From: Hydrurus foetidus | Taxonomy: Eukaryota | Assembly: GCA_900617105.1 (NCBI GenBank) | Contig: UYFQ01000260.1 | Span: 434,001 to 454,725, forward strand | DNA length: 20,725 bases | Direction of reading: 5' to 3' | In this document: piece by piece, positions 8,921 through 19,867 of the stretch | Layout: the number at the start of each line of letters is the position of its first letter | Numbering within the stretch: position 1 is the stretch's first letter | Program-made: the position numbers and the translations under genes | Notes under the pieces: generated by a model | Seen by the model: only the letters and a program-made list of their open reading frames with translations | Told to the model about the DNA's origin: nothing | Databases searched by the model: none

Positions 8921-9100
8921 ATGCCAACACGCACAGAACATCTGCATGAAGCCGAGCGGCTGGAACGTCAGGCGGAGATCGCCGACAACGCCCATGCTCG
9001 CGCCGCCCTGCGCCGCATGGCCCAGGCCTCGCGCGGCGCCGCGGCTCTGGTCGGCATGATCGAAGCCAGCGACGAAAAGCTTGGCGGCGCGCGCGTTTGA
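8921..9100 (+). CDS. Small hypothetical helical protein, 59 aa (absent from the ORF track)
   Basis: Read by hand: MPTRTEHLHEAERLERQAEIADNAHARAALRRMAQASRGAAALVGMIEASDEKLGGARV*; mostly host-like codons, AT-rich promoter-like patch directly upstream, stop converges on the racemase stop at 9105. Confidence 0.7.
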   Translation: MPTRTEHLHEAERLERQAEIADNAHARAALRRMAQASRGAAALVGMIEASDEKLGGARV

Positions 9101-9104
9101 GGAT

Positions 9105-9797
9105 CTAGGCGTTCGTCTCCGCGCACGCCGCGACGCAGGCGCGGGCGAGGGCCTCGGTGGCGTCGATGAACGGTACGGTCAGATCCGCCGCGCCCAGCAC
9201 CAGCGGAACCTCGGTGCAGCCGGCGATGATGGCCTGGGCGCCCTTGCCGATCAGGCGGTGGGCCAGGGCGGCCGTGGTCTCGCGGGAGTCCGGCCCCAGG
9301 TCGCCCAGCTTGATCCGGTAGAGCAGGGCCATGAACTCGACCTGTTCGTGGTCGTCCAGGGTGATGACTTCCAGGCCCTGATGCGAAAGCGTGTCGCGGT
9401 AGAGGCCCAGCGCCAGACCGGTGCCCAGCACGCCCACGCGGGCCGCGCCGGCCGCTGTGGCCGCCTGGCCGGCGACCTCCAGCATGTCGACCAGCGGCAG
9501 GCCGCTGGCGCGCACCTCATCGGCGAAGGCGTGAGCGGTGTTGCAGGCGATGGCCAGCACCTGGGCGCCGCCGTCTCTCAGGCCCGCCGCCATGGCCGCC
9601 AGCACCGGGCCGGGATCGCCCTGGCTGGTGTTGCGGTCCGGGACCTTGGGATTGATGTCGACCAGCACCCGCAGATGGTCCTGCTCGCGCTGGACCGGGG
9701 TGGCGGCCTGCAGCTTGGCCAGGAAGTCCAGGGTGGCGGCCGGGCCCATGCCGCCCAGAACGCCGAGGGTCTTGGTCACGCCGAGGGTCTTGGTCAT
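9105..9797 (-). CDS. cuyB: Aspartate/glutamate racemase family protein, probable cysteate racemase
   Basis: LGVLGGMGPAATLDF, IACNTAH and IAGCTEVP (two catalytic Cys); RBS AGGAG; 10 nt downstream of the cuyA-like gene. Substrate inferred from context. Confidence 0.8.
   Translation of the reverse strand: MTKTLGVTKTLGVLGGMGPAATLDFLAKLQAATPVQREQDHLRVLVDINPKVPDRNTSQGDPGPVLAAMAAGLRDGGAQVLAIACNTAHAFADEVRASGLPLVDMLEVAGQAATAAGAARVGVLGTGLALGLYRDTLSHQGLEVITLDDHEQVEFMALLYRIKLGDLGPDSRETTAALAHRLIGKGAQAIIAGCTEVPLVLGAADLTVPFIDATEALARACVAACAETNA
9760..9795. repeat. Perfect 18-bp tandem duplication at the racemase 5' end
   Basis: ACGCCGAGGGTCTTGGTC twice (9760-9777, 9778-9795), giving M-TKTLGV-TKTLGV-LGGMG. 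Confidence 0.9.
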
Positions 9798-9807
9798 GGT
9801 CAGGCTC

Positions 9808-10801
9808 CTAAAGAAGCGCCGCTTCCAGTTGGGTATGGTAGCCGAACAGGCCCTGGGCGCCGCCGGTGTGCAGGAACACAACGCGCTCGCCCTTGAACGC
9901 GCCCTTGCGGGCCTGGTCGATCAGACCCTTCATCGCCTTGCCCGAATAGACCGGATCCAGCAGCAGGCCCTCGGTGCGGGCCGCCAGGGTCAGGGCGTCG
10001 ATCACGCCCTGGTCGATCAGGCCATAGCCTTCGCCGACATAGTCGCAGTCAGCGACCACCATCTCGCGCGTCACCCGCCCCGCCGCGCCGATGATTTCGG
10101 CGGTGGCGACGGCCAGGTTGAAGACGTTCTCTTCCTGCTTGGCCTTGGGCGCGCGGACGCCAAAGCCCAGGATCGGCACGTCGACCGACAGGGCGGCAAA
10201 GCCCGCCACCAGGCCGCATGGGTGCCGGCGCTGCCGGTGGCGGTGACCAGGCGGTCGATCTTCAGGTCGCGTTCGTCGGCCTGGACGATCAGTTCGCGGG
10301 CGCAGTCGACATAGCCCAGGGCCCCGACCGTGTTGGAGCCGCCGCCGGGGATCACATAGGGCTTGCCGCCGCGCTGGCGGACGGCGTCGGCCGAGGCTTC
10401 CAGCTCGGCGACCATGTCGGTCCCGCCCGGAACGAAGCGGATCGCGGCGCCCATCAGCCGGTCCAGCAGCACATTGCCGTTGCCGACATAGTCGTGGGCC
10501 TTGGACCCCGTGCGCTCTTCCAGGATGATCTCGCAGGCCAGGCCAAGGCGCGCGCCGGCGGCGATGGTCTGGCGCACATGGTTGGACTGCACCGCGCCCT
10601 GGGTCACCAGGGTGTCGGCCCTGGGCCAGGGCCTCGCCGAGCAGGAACTCCAGCTTGCGGGTCTTGTTGCCGCCGCCGGCCAGGCCGGTGCAGTCATCGC
10701 TTGACCCACAGGTCGATGCCGAGCGCAGCGCAGGCGGGGCAGGGGCTCCAGCGGCGTGGGCAGGTGGGCGAAACGGGCGCGGGGAAGCGGGCGAGATGCA
10801 T
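9808..10801 (-). CDS. cuyA: PLP-dependent cysteate sulfo-lyase / D-cysteine desulfhydrase family enzyme (several apparent frameshifts)
   Basis: Reconstructed across frames: MHLARFPRARFAHLPTPLE, GGNKTRKLEFL (PLP lysine region), QGAVQSNHVRQT, IPGGGSN..GALGY, ATGSAGTHAGL, EGLLLDPVYSGKAM, FLHTGG. Indels near ~10783, 10730-10690, ~10620, ~10213. Confidence 0.85.
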
Positions 10802-10992
10802 CGAAACGGTCCCTGAAATTACTCGCGGTTCTGTTAGCACGTGGCGCGAGAGGGCGTATTATCCATATCGACGATGGGGCTTGGCCGGAGCATGCTGATC
10901 CCATCGTGAAGCGCGGCCCCGCGCGCCCGGCGGACCGAGAGGTCATTTCCGCCGGGCGCCGTCACAAGGACCGTGAGCTCAGGGAGGAAGAC

Positions 10993-11553
10993 ATGACGCC
11001 AAGAAACCTTCTGGTTGCGGGTGTGTTGACCGCGACCTTTTTCGCAAGCGGCGGGGCGCTGGCCTCGACCCTGGTGCTGGGCGGCGGCGCCGCCAAGGAC
11101 TGTTCGATCGCCGCCATCGACGGCCGCTCTGACCAGAGGTCGGTGCTGACCTGCACCGTCGCGCTGGAAACCGAGACCCTGAGCTTCCGGGACCGGGCCC
11201 GCACCTTTGTGAACCGGGGCGTGCTGCAGATGCGTCAGCGCGATTTTCCGACCGCGCGCGCCGATTTCGACGCCGCCTCGAAGATCGATCCCGACCTGGG
11301 TGAAGCCTGGGTCAATCGCGGGGCCGCCTATGTGGGCGAAGAGCGCTACAGCGACGCCCTGGGCCAGATCGACAAGGGTCTGTCGCTCGGCGTCAAGGAT
11401 CCCGAAAAGGCCTGGTTCAACCGCGCCCTGGCCAATGAAGGCCTGGGCGATCTGAAATCGGCCTATCAGGACTATTCCCGCGCGGCCGAACTGGATCCCG
11501 AATGGGAGGCCCCGAAACGGGAACTGACGCGTTTCACCGTCAAACGACCCTGA
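10993..11553 (+). CDS. Exported tetratricopeptide-repeat protein
   Basis: RBS GGGAGGA; signal peptide ending ALA; three TPR-like units (TFVNRGVL..A..DF..A, AWVNRGAAY...., AWFNRALA...G....AY.DY..A.EL.P). Possible promoter TTAGCA-N17-TATTAT at 10834-10862. Confidence 0.88.
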   Translation: MTPRNLLVAGVLTATFFASGGALASTLVLGGGAAKDCSIAAIDGRSDQRSVLTCTVALETETLSFRDRARTFVNRGVLQMRQRDFPTARADFDAASKIDPDLGEAWVNRGAAYVGEERYSDALGQIDKGLSLGVKDPEKAWFNRALANEGLGDLKSAYQDYSRAAELDPEWEAPKRELTRFTVKRP

Positions 11554-11615
11554 GCGTCGCGGGCGCTCCGGGTCGAAACCGAGTGAGGCGACCCGCCTTG
11601 AGACAGGGAGCGCCG

Positions 11616-12013
11616 ATGCGCAGGATCAGATGGATCGCCGGGGCAGCCTGGCCGTTGTCGCCGCCGCCAGCGGCGCGTCGGCCCAGGACACCCTGCGCGA
11701 ACTGCGGGCCCAGACCGCCGTACAGCAGGGCGCCGAGATCGCGCGCCAGGATGCGCTGGCCGCCCAGCGCGAGATCACCGCCCGTCAGGACCAGTTGCAG
11801 ACCACCCTGGTGCTGCGCGAACTGGACGCCGCGCGGACAACGCCGCCGGGTTCCAACGGCCTGATCATTCCGTCGCCCGCGCCCGCGCCGCCGCCCGCCA
11901 GTGGGCCAGAGTCCTTTCAGGGCCAGATGGATCGCCTGGAGCGTCTGACCCAGGATGCGCTTTCGCGCAGCAATGCGCGCGTCCGGGCCGTGCGTCCGGC
12001 CAGCGACCGCTGA
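11616..12013 (+). CDS. Hypothetical secreted protein, Gln/Arg-rich coiled segments with a Pro-rich linker (apparent frameshift at ~11648)
   Basis: RBS AGGGAG then ATG 11616; restoring one base gives the signal peptide MRRIRWIAGAALAVVAAASGASA|QD that continues in ORF 11630..12013. Confidence 0.7.
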
Positions 12014-12043
12014 TCAAAACACCGCTGAACACAGGAACACCGC

Positions 12044-12891
12044 ATGGAATGGAGAGGCGCGCGCCGCTCGGGCAATATCGAGGACCGGCGGGGCATGGGC
12101 GGGGTCGGCATCGCCGGCGGCGGCGTCGGGGCGTTGGTCCTGGCGGCCATCGGCTATTTCGTGTTCGGCATCGATCCGCAGACCACCCTGCAGGCCACCC
12201 AGCAGCTGCAGGGCAGACCCAGCAGCAGGTCGCTGAAGGACAGGTCAAGGATGAGAACGGCCAGTTCGTCGACGCCATCGAGACCTCGAACACCGACGTC
12301 TGGGGGCCGATCTTCGCCCGGCAGGGCGCGCGCTATACGCCGCCGGAGGCGGTGGTCCTGTACGACAACGCCACGCCCACCGGCTGCGGAACCGGCCAGT
12401 CAGCGATGGGGCCGTTCTATTGCCCGGCCGATCGCAAGGTCTATCTGGACCTGACCTTCTGGAATGAGCTTGAGACCAAGTTCGGGGCCAGGGGCGAGTT
12501 CGCCCGCGCCTATGTGATCAGCCACGAGGTCGGCCACCATGTGCAGACCCTGCTGGGCGCCTCTGACGCCGCCCGGCGGATGGGCGCGCGCGGGGCCGAA
12601 AGCGGCTCGGTGCGGCTGGAGCTGCAGGCCGACTGCTATGCCGGGGTCTGGGCCGCCCATGCCGGCGAGACCTCGAACGGCCAGATCGTCATCAACAGCG
12701 CCGACATCGAGGACGGCCTGGGCGCGGCTGCGGCGGTCGGGGATGATACGATCCAGTCCAGGAGCCAGGGCCAGGTGGCGCCCGACAGCTTCACCCACGG
12801 CACCAGCGCCCAGCGCGTGCGGTGGTTCACGCGCGGCTATGAACGCGGCGATCCGGCGGTGTGCGATACGTTCGGGGCGTCGCGGCTGTAA
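12044..12891 (+). CDS. ypfJ: Neutral zinc metallopeptidase, YpfJ/KPN_02809 family (apparent frameshift at ~12215)
   Basis: N-terminus MEWRGARRSGNIEDRRG plus TM helix; GPFYCPAD.KVYLD, YVISHEVGHHVQ (HEXXH), LELQADCYAGVW, PDSFTHGTSAQR.RWF.RG, CDTF. Confidence 0.92.
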
Positions 12892-12966
12892 AAATCCGGA
12901 GGCGTTCATGGTCCGTAAGGCGTGTGCCTCTACACCTCAGATTGAATTCTGAGTGTCGGGCTTCTG

Positions 12967-14206
12967 ATGACCCAATCGCCTGTCTTTGGCCGGCGCGCCG
13001 CTCCGCCGGCGCCGCTGCGCCTCGCGCCGACCCCGCCTGTAAAGGTGCGGCCGCGCTGGGAGCCGCCCGTCGTTGTGGCCGAGGCGGATGTCACCGTCGA
13101 GCCGGCCGCGCCCGACAAGGCTCCGTATCTTACCATTGTCCTGCTGACCTTGCTGGCGATGGTCTTCGTCTTCGAGCAGAGCGGTGGTCTGCCGTCTGGG
13201 CCTGGCCTGTCGTTCAGTCTCTCGACACTGGTCGCGGCCGGAGGGTTGAGCCGTGACCTGCTGGAGCAGGGGAATGGTGGCGGATCTTTACCGCCCCTCT
13301 GCTGCACGGCGACCTTTCACACATCATCGGCAATTCGGTGGTCATGGTCCTTGCGGCCGTGACCCTGGAGAACTGATCGGCGCGCCTGGGCGGCGGCGAC
13401 CTTCGTGATCTCGGCGCGGGCGGCGCTGCGGCGTCGGTGCTGCTGAATCCGCCGACGTCGTCACCGTAGGTGCGTCCGGCGCGATCATGGGTCTGCTGGC
13501 CATGGTGCTGGCCTCCAGCCTGCACTTCGCGGCGCTGGACCATGCCAAGCGGCTGCGTTGGGTGGCGTTCCGTTTGCTGATCCCGTCTCTGATCCCGTTC
13601 GGCGCGGCCTCGGGTTCGGCCATCGACTACAACGCTCACATGGGCGGCGCGGCGGCGGGCGGGCTGATGGGCTTCATCCTGCTGGTGGCCTGGCCAGAAG
13701 AGGAAGATCAGCCGCGTCTCGGCGCCGTCGCGGCCGGAATCGGATGGCTGGGTCTGGCCGCCGCGATCGCCGCCTTCGCGCTGGTGACCACCCGCCACGA
13801 GTCCTACATCGCTCGCGGTCGTCTATTGGCCCCGGACTATCTGCTTCCGCGCAAGGGCTGGGGAACCGAGACGGAGGCCCGTGATCTGCTGGCCCGCTAT
13901 CCGCACGATCCGCGGGTGCGACTGATCACCGGCCGCAACTATCTCGAAGCGCGCAATCCCCTGAACGCCGAGCGTGAACTCCGCCAGGGTCTGAGTGAAA
14001 CCGAGATCCTGTCGCGCGACATGCCCGATTCCGTCGAGGAGACGCTACGTTACTTCCTGGTCAGCGCCCTGGTCGGGCAGGGGCGCATCAGCGCCGCCGC
14101 CGTCGAGGCCAAACCCTTGTGCCACCTTCCGTTGCGCCCGCAGACCAAGGGCCAGCGCGAGGCCATGGTCCAGGCCGGGTTCTGTCCCGCGCTCACGCGC
14201 CCTTGA
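12967..14206 (+). CDS. Rhomboid family intramembrane serine protease with C-terminal TPR-like extension (several apparent frameshifts 13270-13450)
   Basis: Across frames: GEWWRIFTAPLLHGDLSHIIGN, VGASGAIMG (catalytic Ser), IDYNAHMGGAAAG (catalytic His); multiple TM segments. Confidence 0.85.
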
Positions 14207-14230
14207 CCCTTACGTCAGTCAGCCTAGTGT
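14203..14230 (+). promoter_or_regulatory. Putative sigma70-type promoter for the thiC leader
   Basis: TTGACC-N16-TAGTGT immediately before the TPP aptamer. Confidence 0.55.
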
Positions 14231-14235
14231 CCCCC

Positions 14236-16250
<2,015 letters not shown>

Positions 16251-16259
16251 TTGCGGCTG

Positions 16260-16287
16260 GCCCGGCCTTGAAGCCTCAAAGCCGGGC
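16260..16287 (+). terminator. Hairpin after thiC, possible terminator
   Basis: GCCCGGC-CTTGA-agcc-TCAAA-GCCGGGC; no clear U-tract. Confidence 0.45.
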
Positions 16288-16329
16288 TGAAGCGTTGACG
16301 TCATCATGGGACCTCTAAGGAGCCCTCTG

Positions 16330-17401
16330 ATGACCACTCGCCGCGCCCTGCTGTCTGCGCTCCCTGATTGGCGTCGCCAGTTGCGGGGAGGGGGCGACGC
16401 CTACGCCCAGGCCGTGGCCGCCACCTGGGTCCTGCCGCCGGCTTCGGCGGTGGCGGGCTGCCTGTCCAGGCGCTGGTCCATGCCGCCACCCTGGCGGCCA
16501 GCGGCCATAACACCCAACCCTGGCGCTTCGCGGCGCGGGGCGCGACCTGCTCATCCAGCCGGACCTGTCGCGCCGCACGCCGGTGGTCGATCCGGACGAT
16601 CACCACCTGTTCGTCAGCCTGGGCTGCGCCGCCGAGACGCTTTTGCAGGCCGCCGCCGGCTATGGCTGGGCGGGAGAGGCCCGCTTTCTGGGACCCTCCC
16701 AGGGCGTGGCCGTCAGCCTGACGCCGCAACGGGCCGCTGCGGGGCCGCTGTTCGCGGCCATACCGCGCCGGGCTTCGACGCGCGGCGACTATGATCCGCG
16801 TTCCCTTCCGGGCGAGACCCTGCGGGCCTTGGCGGCCAGCGCCGGACCCGAGGTCGCCATCAGCCTGATCACCGATCGCCGGCCCCTGGACGAGCTGACG
16901 GCCCTGATCCTGGACGGTGACGGCGCGCAACTGAACAGTCCGGCCTTCCGACGTGAACTGGCGTCCTGGATCCGCTTCGACGCCGCCGAGGCCCTGGCGC
17001 GGCGCGACGGGCTGTTCACCGGCGCTTCGGGCAATCCGAGCAGTCCTCGATGGATGGGTTCGCGCCTGTTCGACACGCTGTTCACGGCCAAGGCCTCGGC
17101 CGACAAGATCGTTCGTCAGATGGCGCAAACCGCCGGCGCGGCGGTTTTCAGCGGTCCTTCCAACGATCCCGCCGGCTGGGTCGCCGTCGGTCGCGCCTTT
17201 ACGCGCTTTGCCCTGACCGCGACGGCTCAGGGCTTGAAGCTGGCGTTCCTGAACCAGCCGGTCGAGGACAGCGCGGCGCGGGGCCGCCTGCCGCCTGGCT
17301 CAGCGCCGCCGATCACCGACCTGACCTCGTCGTTCGCTTTGGAGGGGCCCGACATGCCCAGGTCCTTGCGGCGGCCGGTTTCCGCGGTACTTTCGGCCTG
17401 A
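16330..17401 (+). CDS. Acg-family FMN-binding nitroreductase-like protein with Tat-like leader (several apparent frameshifts)
   Basis: RBS TAAGGAG, MTTRRALL; across frames ATLAASGHNTQPWRF, VDPDDHHLFVSLGCAAETL, IPRRASTRGDYD, WVAVGRAFTRFAL.AT..GL..AFLNQPVE, MPRSLRRPV. Confidence 0.82.
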
Positions 17402-17435
17402 GCGTCACGACCTCTCGAGATTTTCCGCGACCGTT

Positions 17436-17461
17436 TGCCGGAAGATCTCCGCCCGCGCGTC
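17436..17461 (+). promoter_or_regulatory. Possible ECF41/ECF42-like sigma promoter for the DUF1428 gene
   Basis: TGCCGG-N16-CGTC resembles TGTC(G/A)..-N16-CGTC ECF promoters; 33 nt upstream of the ATG. Confidence 0.35.
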
Positions 17462-17494
17462 CTGGTATCGTCAGCAACGATGAGGAGGATCCCC

Positions 17495-17846
17495 ATGGCT
17501 TATGTCGATGGCTTCATACTCGCCATCCCCAAGGACAAGCTCGACGCCTACAAGGACATGGCCCGCCTGGGCGGCACGGTCTGGATGGAGCATGGCGCCC
17601 TGTCCTATGTCGAATGCCTCGGCGACGACGTGCTATGGCCAGCTGACCTCGTTCCCGCGCGCCGTCCACGCCACCGACGACGAGATCGTCGTCTTCTCGT
17701 GGATCACCTATAGAGACCGCGCCCACCGCGACGCCGTCAACGCCAAGGTCATGGCTGACGAGCGCATGAAGTCCGGCATGGAGACCATGCCCTTCGACGG
17801 CAAGCGCATGATCTTCGGCGGCTTCGAGGCGTTTCTGGAGTTGTAG
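17495..17846 (+). CDS. DUF1428 (YbaA-like) protein (apparent frameshift at ~17634)
   Basis: RBS GAGGAGG; MAYVDGFILAIP...WMEHGALSYVECLGDDV/YGQLTSFPRAV...VVFSWITY..RAHRD.VNAKVMADER...MPFDGKRMIFGGF. Confidence 0.92.
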
Positions 17847-17903
17847 GGGCTTCAAGAAAATATCGCTATGCGATAGTGCTCGCGCAGCTTTCAGGAGCGC
17901 GCA

Positions 17904-18398
17904 GTGCTGAATATGCTGATCATCGCCGGCCCTAACGGGCGGGAAAGACCACCTTCGCGACGCGCTGGATCAATGACAGCGCGCCTTATTTGCAATGCCG
18001 ACGAGATCGCTCGGCGGCCCCGATTGAGCCAGCTGTTGGCCGAGCGTGACATGGCGCCGGACGTCTGATGCTCGCCCAGCTAGACGCCCATGTCGCCAAT
18101 GGCGCGGACATCGTCCTGGAACAACCCTGTCCAGCCGCCTCTATGCGCGGCGCGTGCCGCAGTGGCGGGCGGCCGGTTACAGCATCACGCTGATCTATGT
18201 CGGTCTGCCCAATGTGCGCGTCGATATCGCGCATCGCTCATCGGGTCGACATGGGTGGGACCCCTGTCCCGGAAGCCGATCTTCGTCGCCGCTTCGACGC
18301 AGCCGCGCGAACCTCGAAATCTAAGCCATTGGTCGATCGGTGGGAAGTCTGGGAAAGTCGCGTGGGCCGCTATCTTGGTGGAGAGGAGCCCGTCATGA
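17904..18398 (+). CDS. Zeta-toxin-like / COG4185 P-loop ATPase, heavily frameshifted (sequencing error or pseudogene)
   Basis: RBS AGGAG then GTG; motifs read across frames: IIAGPNG(A)GKTTF, NADEIAR, AGRLML, LE(T)TLSS, WRAAGY.ITLIY, RIAHRV..GG(H)PVPEADLRRRF; likely stop TGA 18396-18398. Confidence 0.75.
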
Positions 18399-18552
18399 CC
18401 AAGACGCCAGATCCCGCCGGCACGGGTTTGGCTGCGACGCCGATTGGGCCGCACGGCGAAGAGCGCTCTGGAAGTTCATCGCGCCCGCCAGCGACCAGGA
18501 CCTGCGCGCCTTCAAAGAAGAGCGCGGTCGCTCAACGTTGAGCGCCCGCTGA
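18395..18552 (+). CDS. Small hypothetical protein (~52 aa) translationally coupled to the ATPase (needs one frameshift at ~18425)
   Basis: RBS GAGAGGAG and ATGA overlap at 18395-18398; MTKTPDPAG.. continues most plausibly as ..DADWAARRRALWKFIAPASDQDLRAFKEERGRSTLSAR*. Confidence 0.45.
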
Positions 18553-18566
18553 CCGCGCCCCGTCCG

Positions 18567-18920
18567 CTAGTAGAAGAACCGCTCCTCGACGATCTTGCCG
18601 TCCTTGATCGTGTAGAGCCCGACCTCATCCATCGTGATGCGCTCGCCGCTGGCTTTGGGCGTGACGTCCATCCTGAAGCCGACCGCGAACTGGTCGCCGT
18701 TGATATAGGGGCCGGTCACCTCGGCGCTGTGGACCTCGTGGTTGGCGGCCCACCATTCGCCCTTGCTGCGCACGGCGGCCTTGCCCTGGATGCGGGCCAT
18801 GTCGCCCGGGGCGGCCTCGATACTGACAACGTCGTCAGCCCAGTATTTTTCGCCAGGGGTGGTGAAGTCTCCAGCCTTGCAGAGCGCGACGAGATCGGCG
18901 GCGATGTCTTGGAGGGTCAT
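18567..18920 (-). CDS. SnoaL-like / NTF2-superfamily protein
   Basis: MTLQDIAADLVALCKAG..YWADDVVSIEA...GKAAV..K..WW...HEVH....GPYINGDQFAV.F.MDVT...MDEVGLYT.KDGKIVEERFFY; RBS AAAGGA. Confidence 0.9.
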   Translation of the reverse strand: MTLQDIAADLVALCKAGDFTTPGEKYWADDVVSIEAAPGDMARIQGKAAVRSKGEWWAANHEVHSAEVTGPYINGDQFAVGFRMDVTPKASGERITMDEVGLYTIKDGKIVEERFFY

Positions 18921-18990
18921 GGGAAGTGTCCTTTGGGGCGTTTCGAGGCGGCGACCATCGCCCCGGGTTCGGCGGCGCACAAGTCCATTT

Positions 18991-19005
18991 GTTCCCATTA
19001 TGTTC
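18991..19005. promoter_or_regulatory. Alphaproteobacterial LexA (SOS) box
   Basis: GTTC-CCATTAT-GTTC is an exact GTTC-N7-GTTC with an AT-rich spacer, in the divergent intergenic region. Confidence 0.75.
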
Positions 19006-19075
19006 ACATCTGGTCAGGTTGCTGACAGCCTCTGGCAGCAGGGACGCGCGATGACGATCCACGCTAGGATCGCCC

Positions 19076-19854
19076 ATGACCTCACGCCCCGTTCCCCGGT
19101 TTCGCCGCCGCCGATCTCGCCTTCCTCACCGGCCTGGCGGTCAACAACGATCGCGAGTGGTTCGCCGCCCACCGGGCGCCCTTTGACGAGGGCCTCAAGC
19201 CCACGCTGGTGGCGCTGATCCTGGCCCTGAACGAAGCGCTCGAGGCCAAGGGCCTGCCGCTGGCAGGGCATCCCAAAACACGGTGTTCCGCATTCATCGC
19301 GACGTGCGGTTCTCAAGGACAAGAAGCCCTACAAGACCCACGTCTCGGCCACCCTGACCCGCGACGGTCAGAAGATGTCGCCGGGCATGCTGTATGTGCA
19401 CATCGAACCGCAGGGCGGCAGCAACCGGCCTTTGACCCCCAGACCATCGATCCGATGGATCCCAGCACCTTCCGTCAGGCGATGAGAGCGACGCGGGCTA
19501 TTCCGGCAACGGCCTTTCACGGCGGCGGGCTTCTATCTGTCGGAGCGGCCGCACATCGACGCCTTCCGGCGCGCCATCGTCGCCGATCCCAAGGGCTGGG
19601 CGGCGGTCGAGACGGCGCTGGCGTCCAAGGGCCTGCCGCTGGAGCCGGGCGAGCCGACCAAGCGCATGCCCAAGGGCTTCGAGGGTCAGGCCGGCGGCCC
19701 GCTGGAGGCGGCGCTCAAGCGCACCCGCTGGCTGGTGCGCCGCGACCTGACCAGCGCCGAGATCGGCGGGACGGATCTGCCGGGGATCATCGCCGGCTTC
19801 GCCGCCGACGCCCGGCCGCTGCTGGACTTCGGCTGGAAGGCGCTGCGGCCTTAG
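19076..19854 (+). CDS. DUF2461 (TIGR02453) family protein (several apparent frameshifts)
   Basis: Across frames: FPGFAAADLAFLTGLAVNNDREWFAAHR, VFRIHRDVRFSKDKKPYKTH, LYVHIEP, AAGFY, FRRAIVADP, KRMPKGF, PLLDFGW. GCTAGGAT lies 5 nt before the ATG and no RBS is seen, suggesting a leaderless mRNA. Confidence 0.85.
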
Positions 19855-19867
19855 CGCGTCCTCAAGC

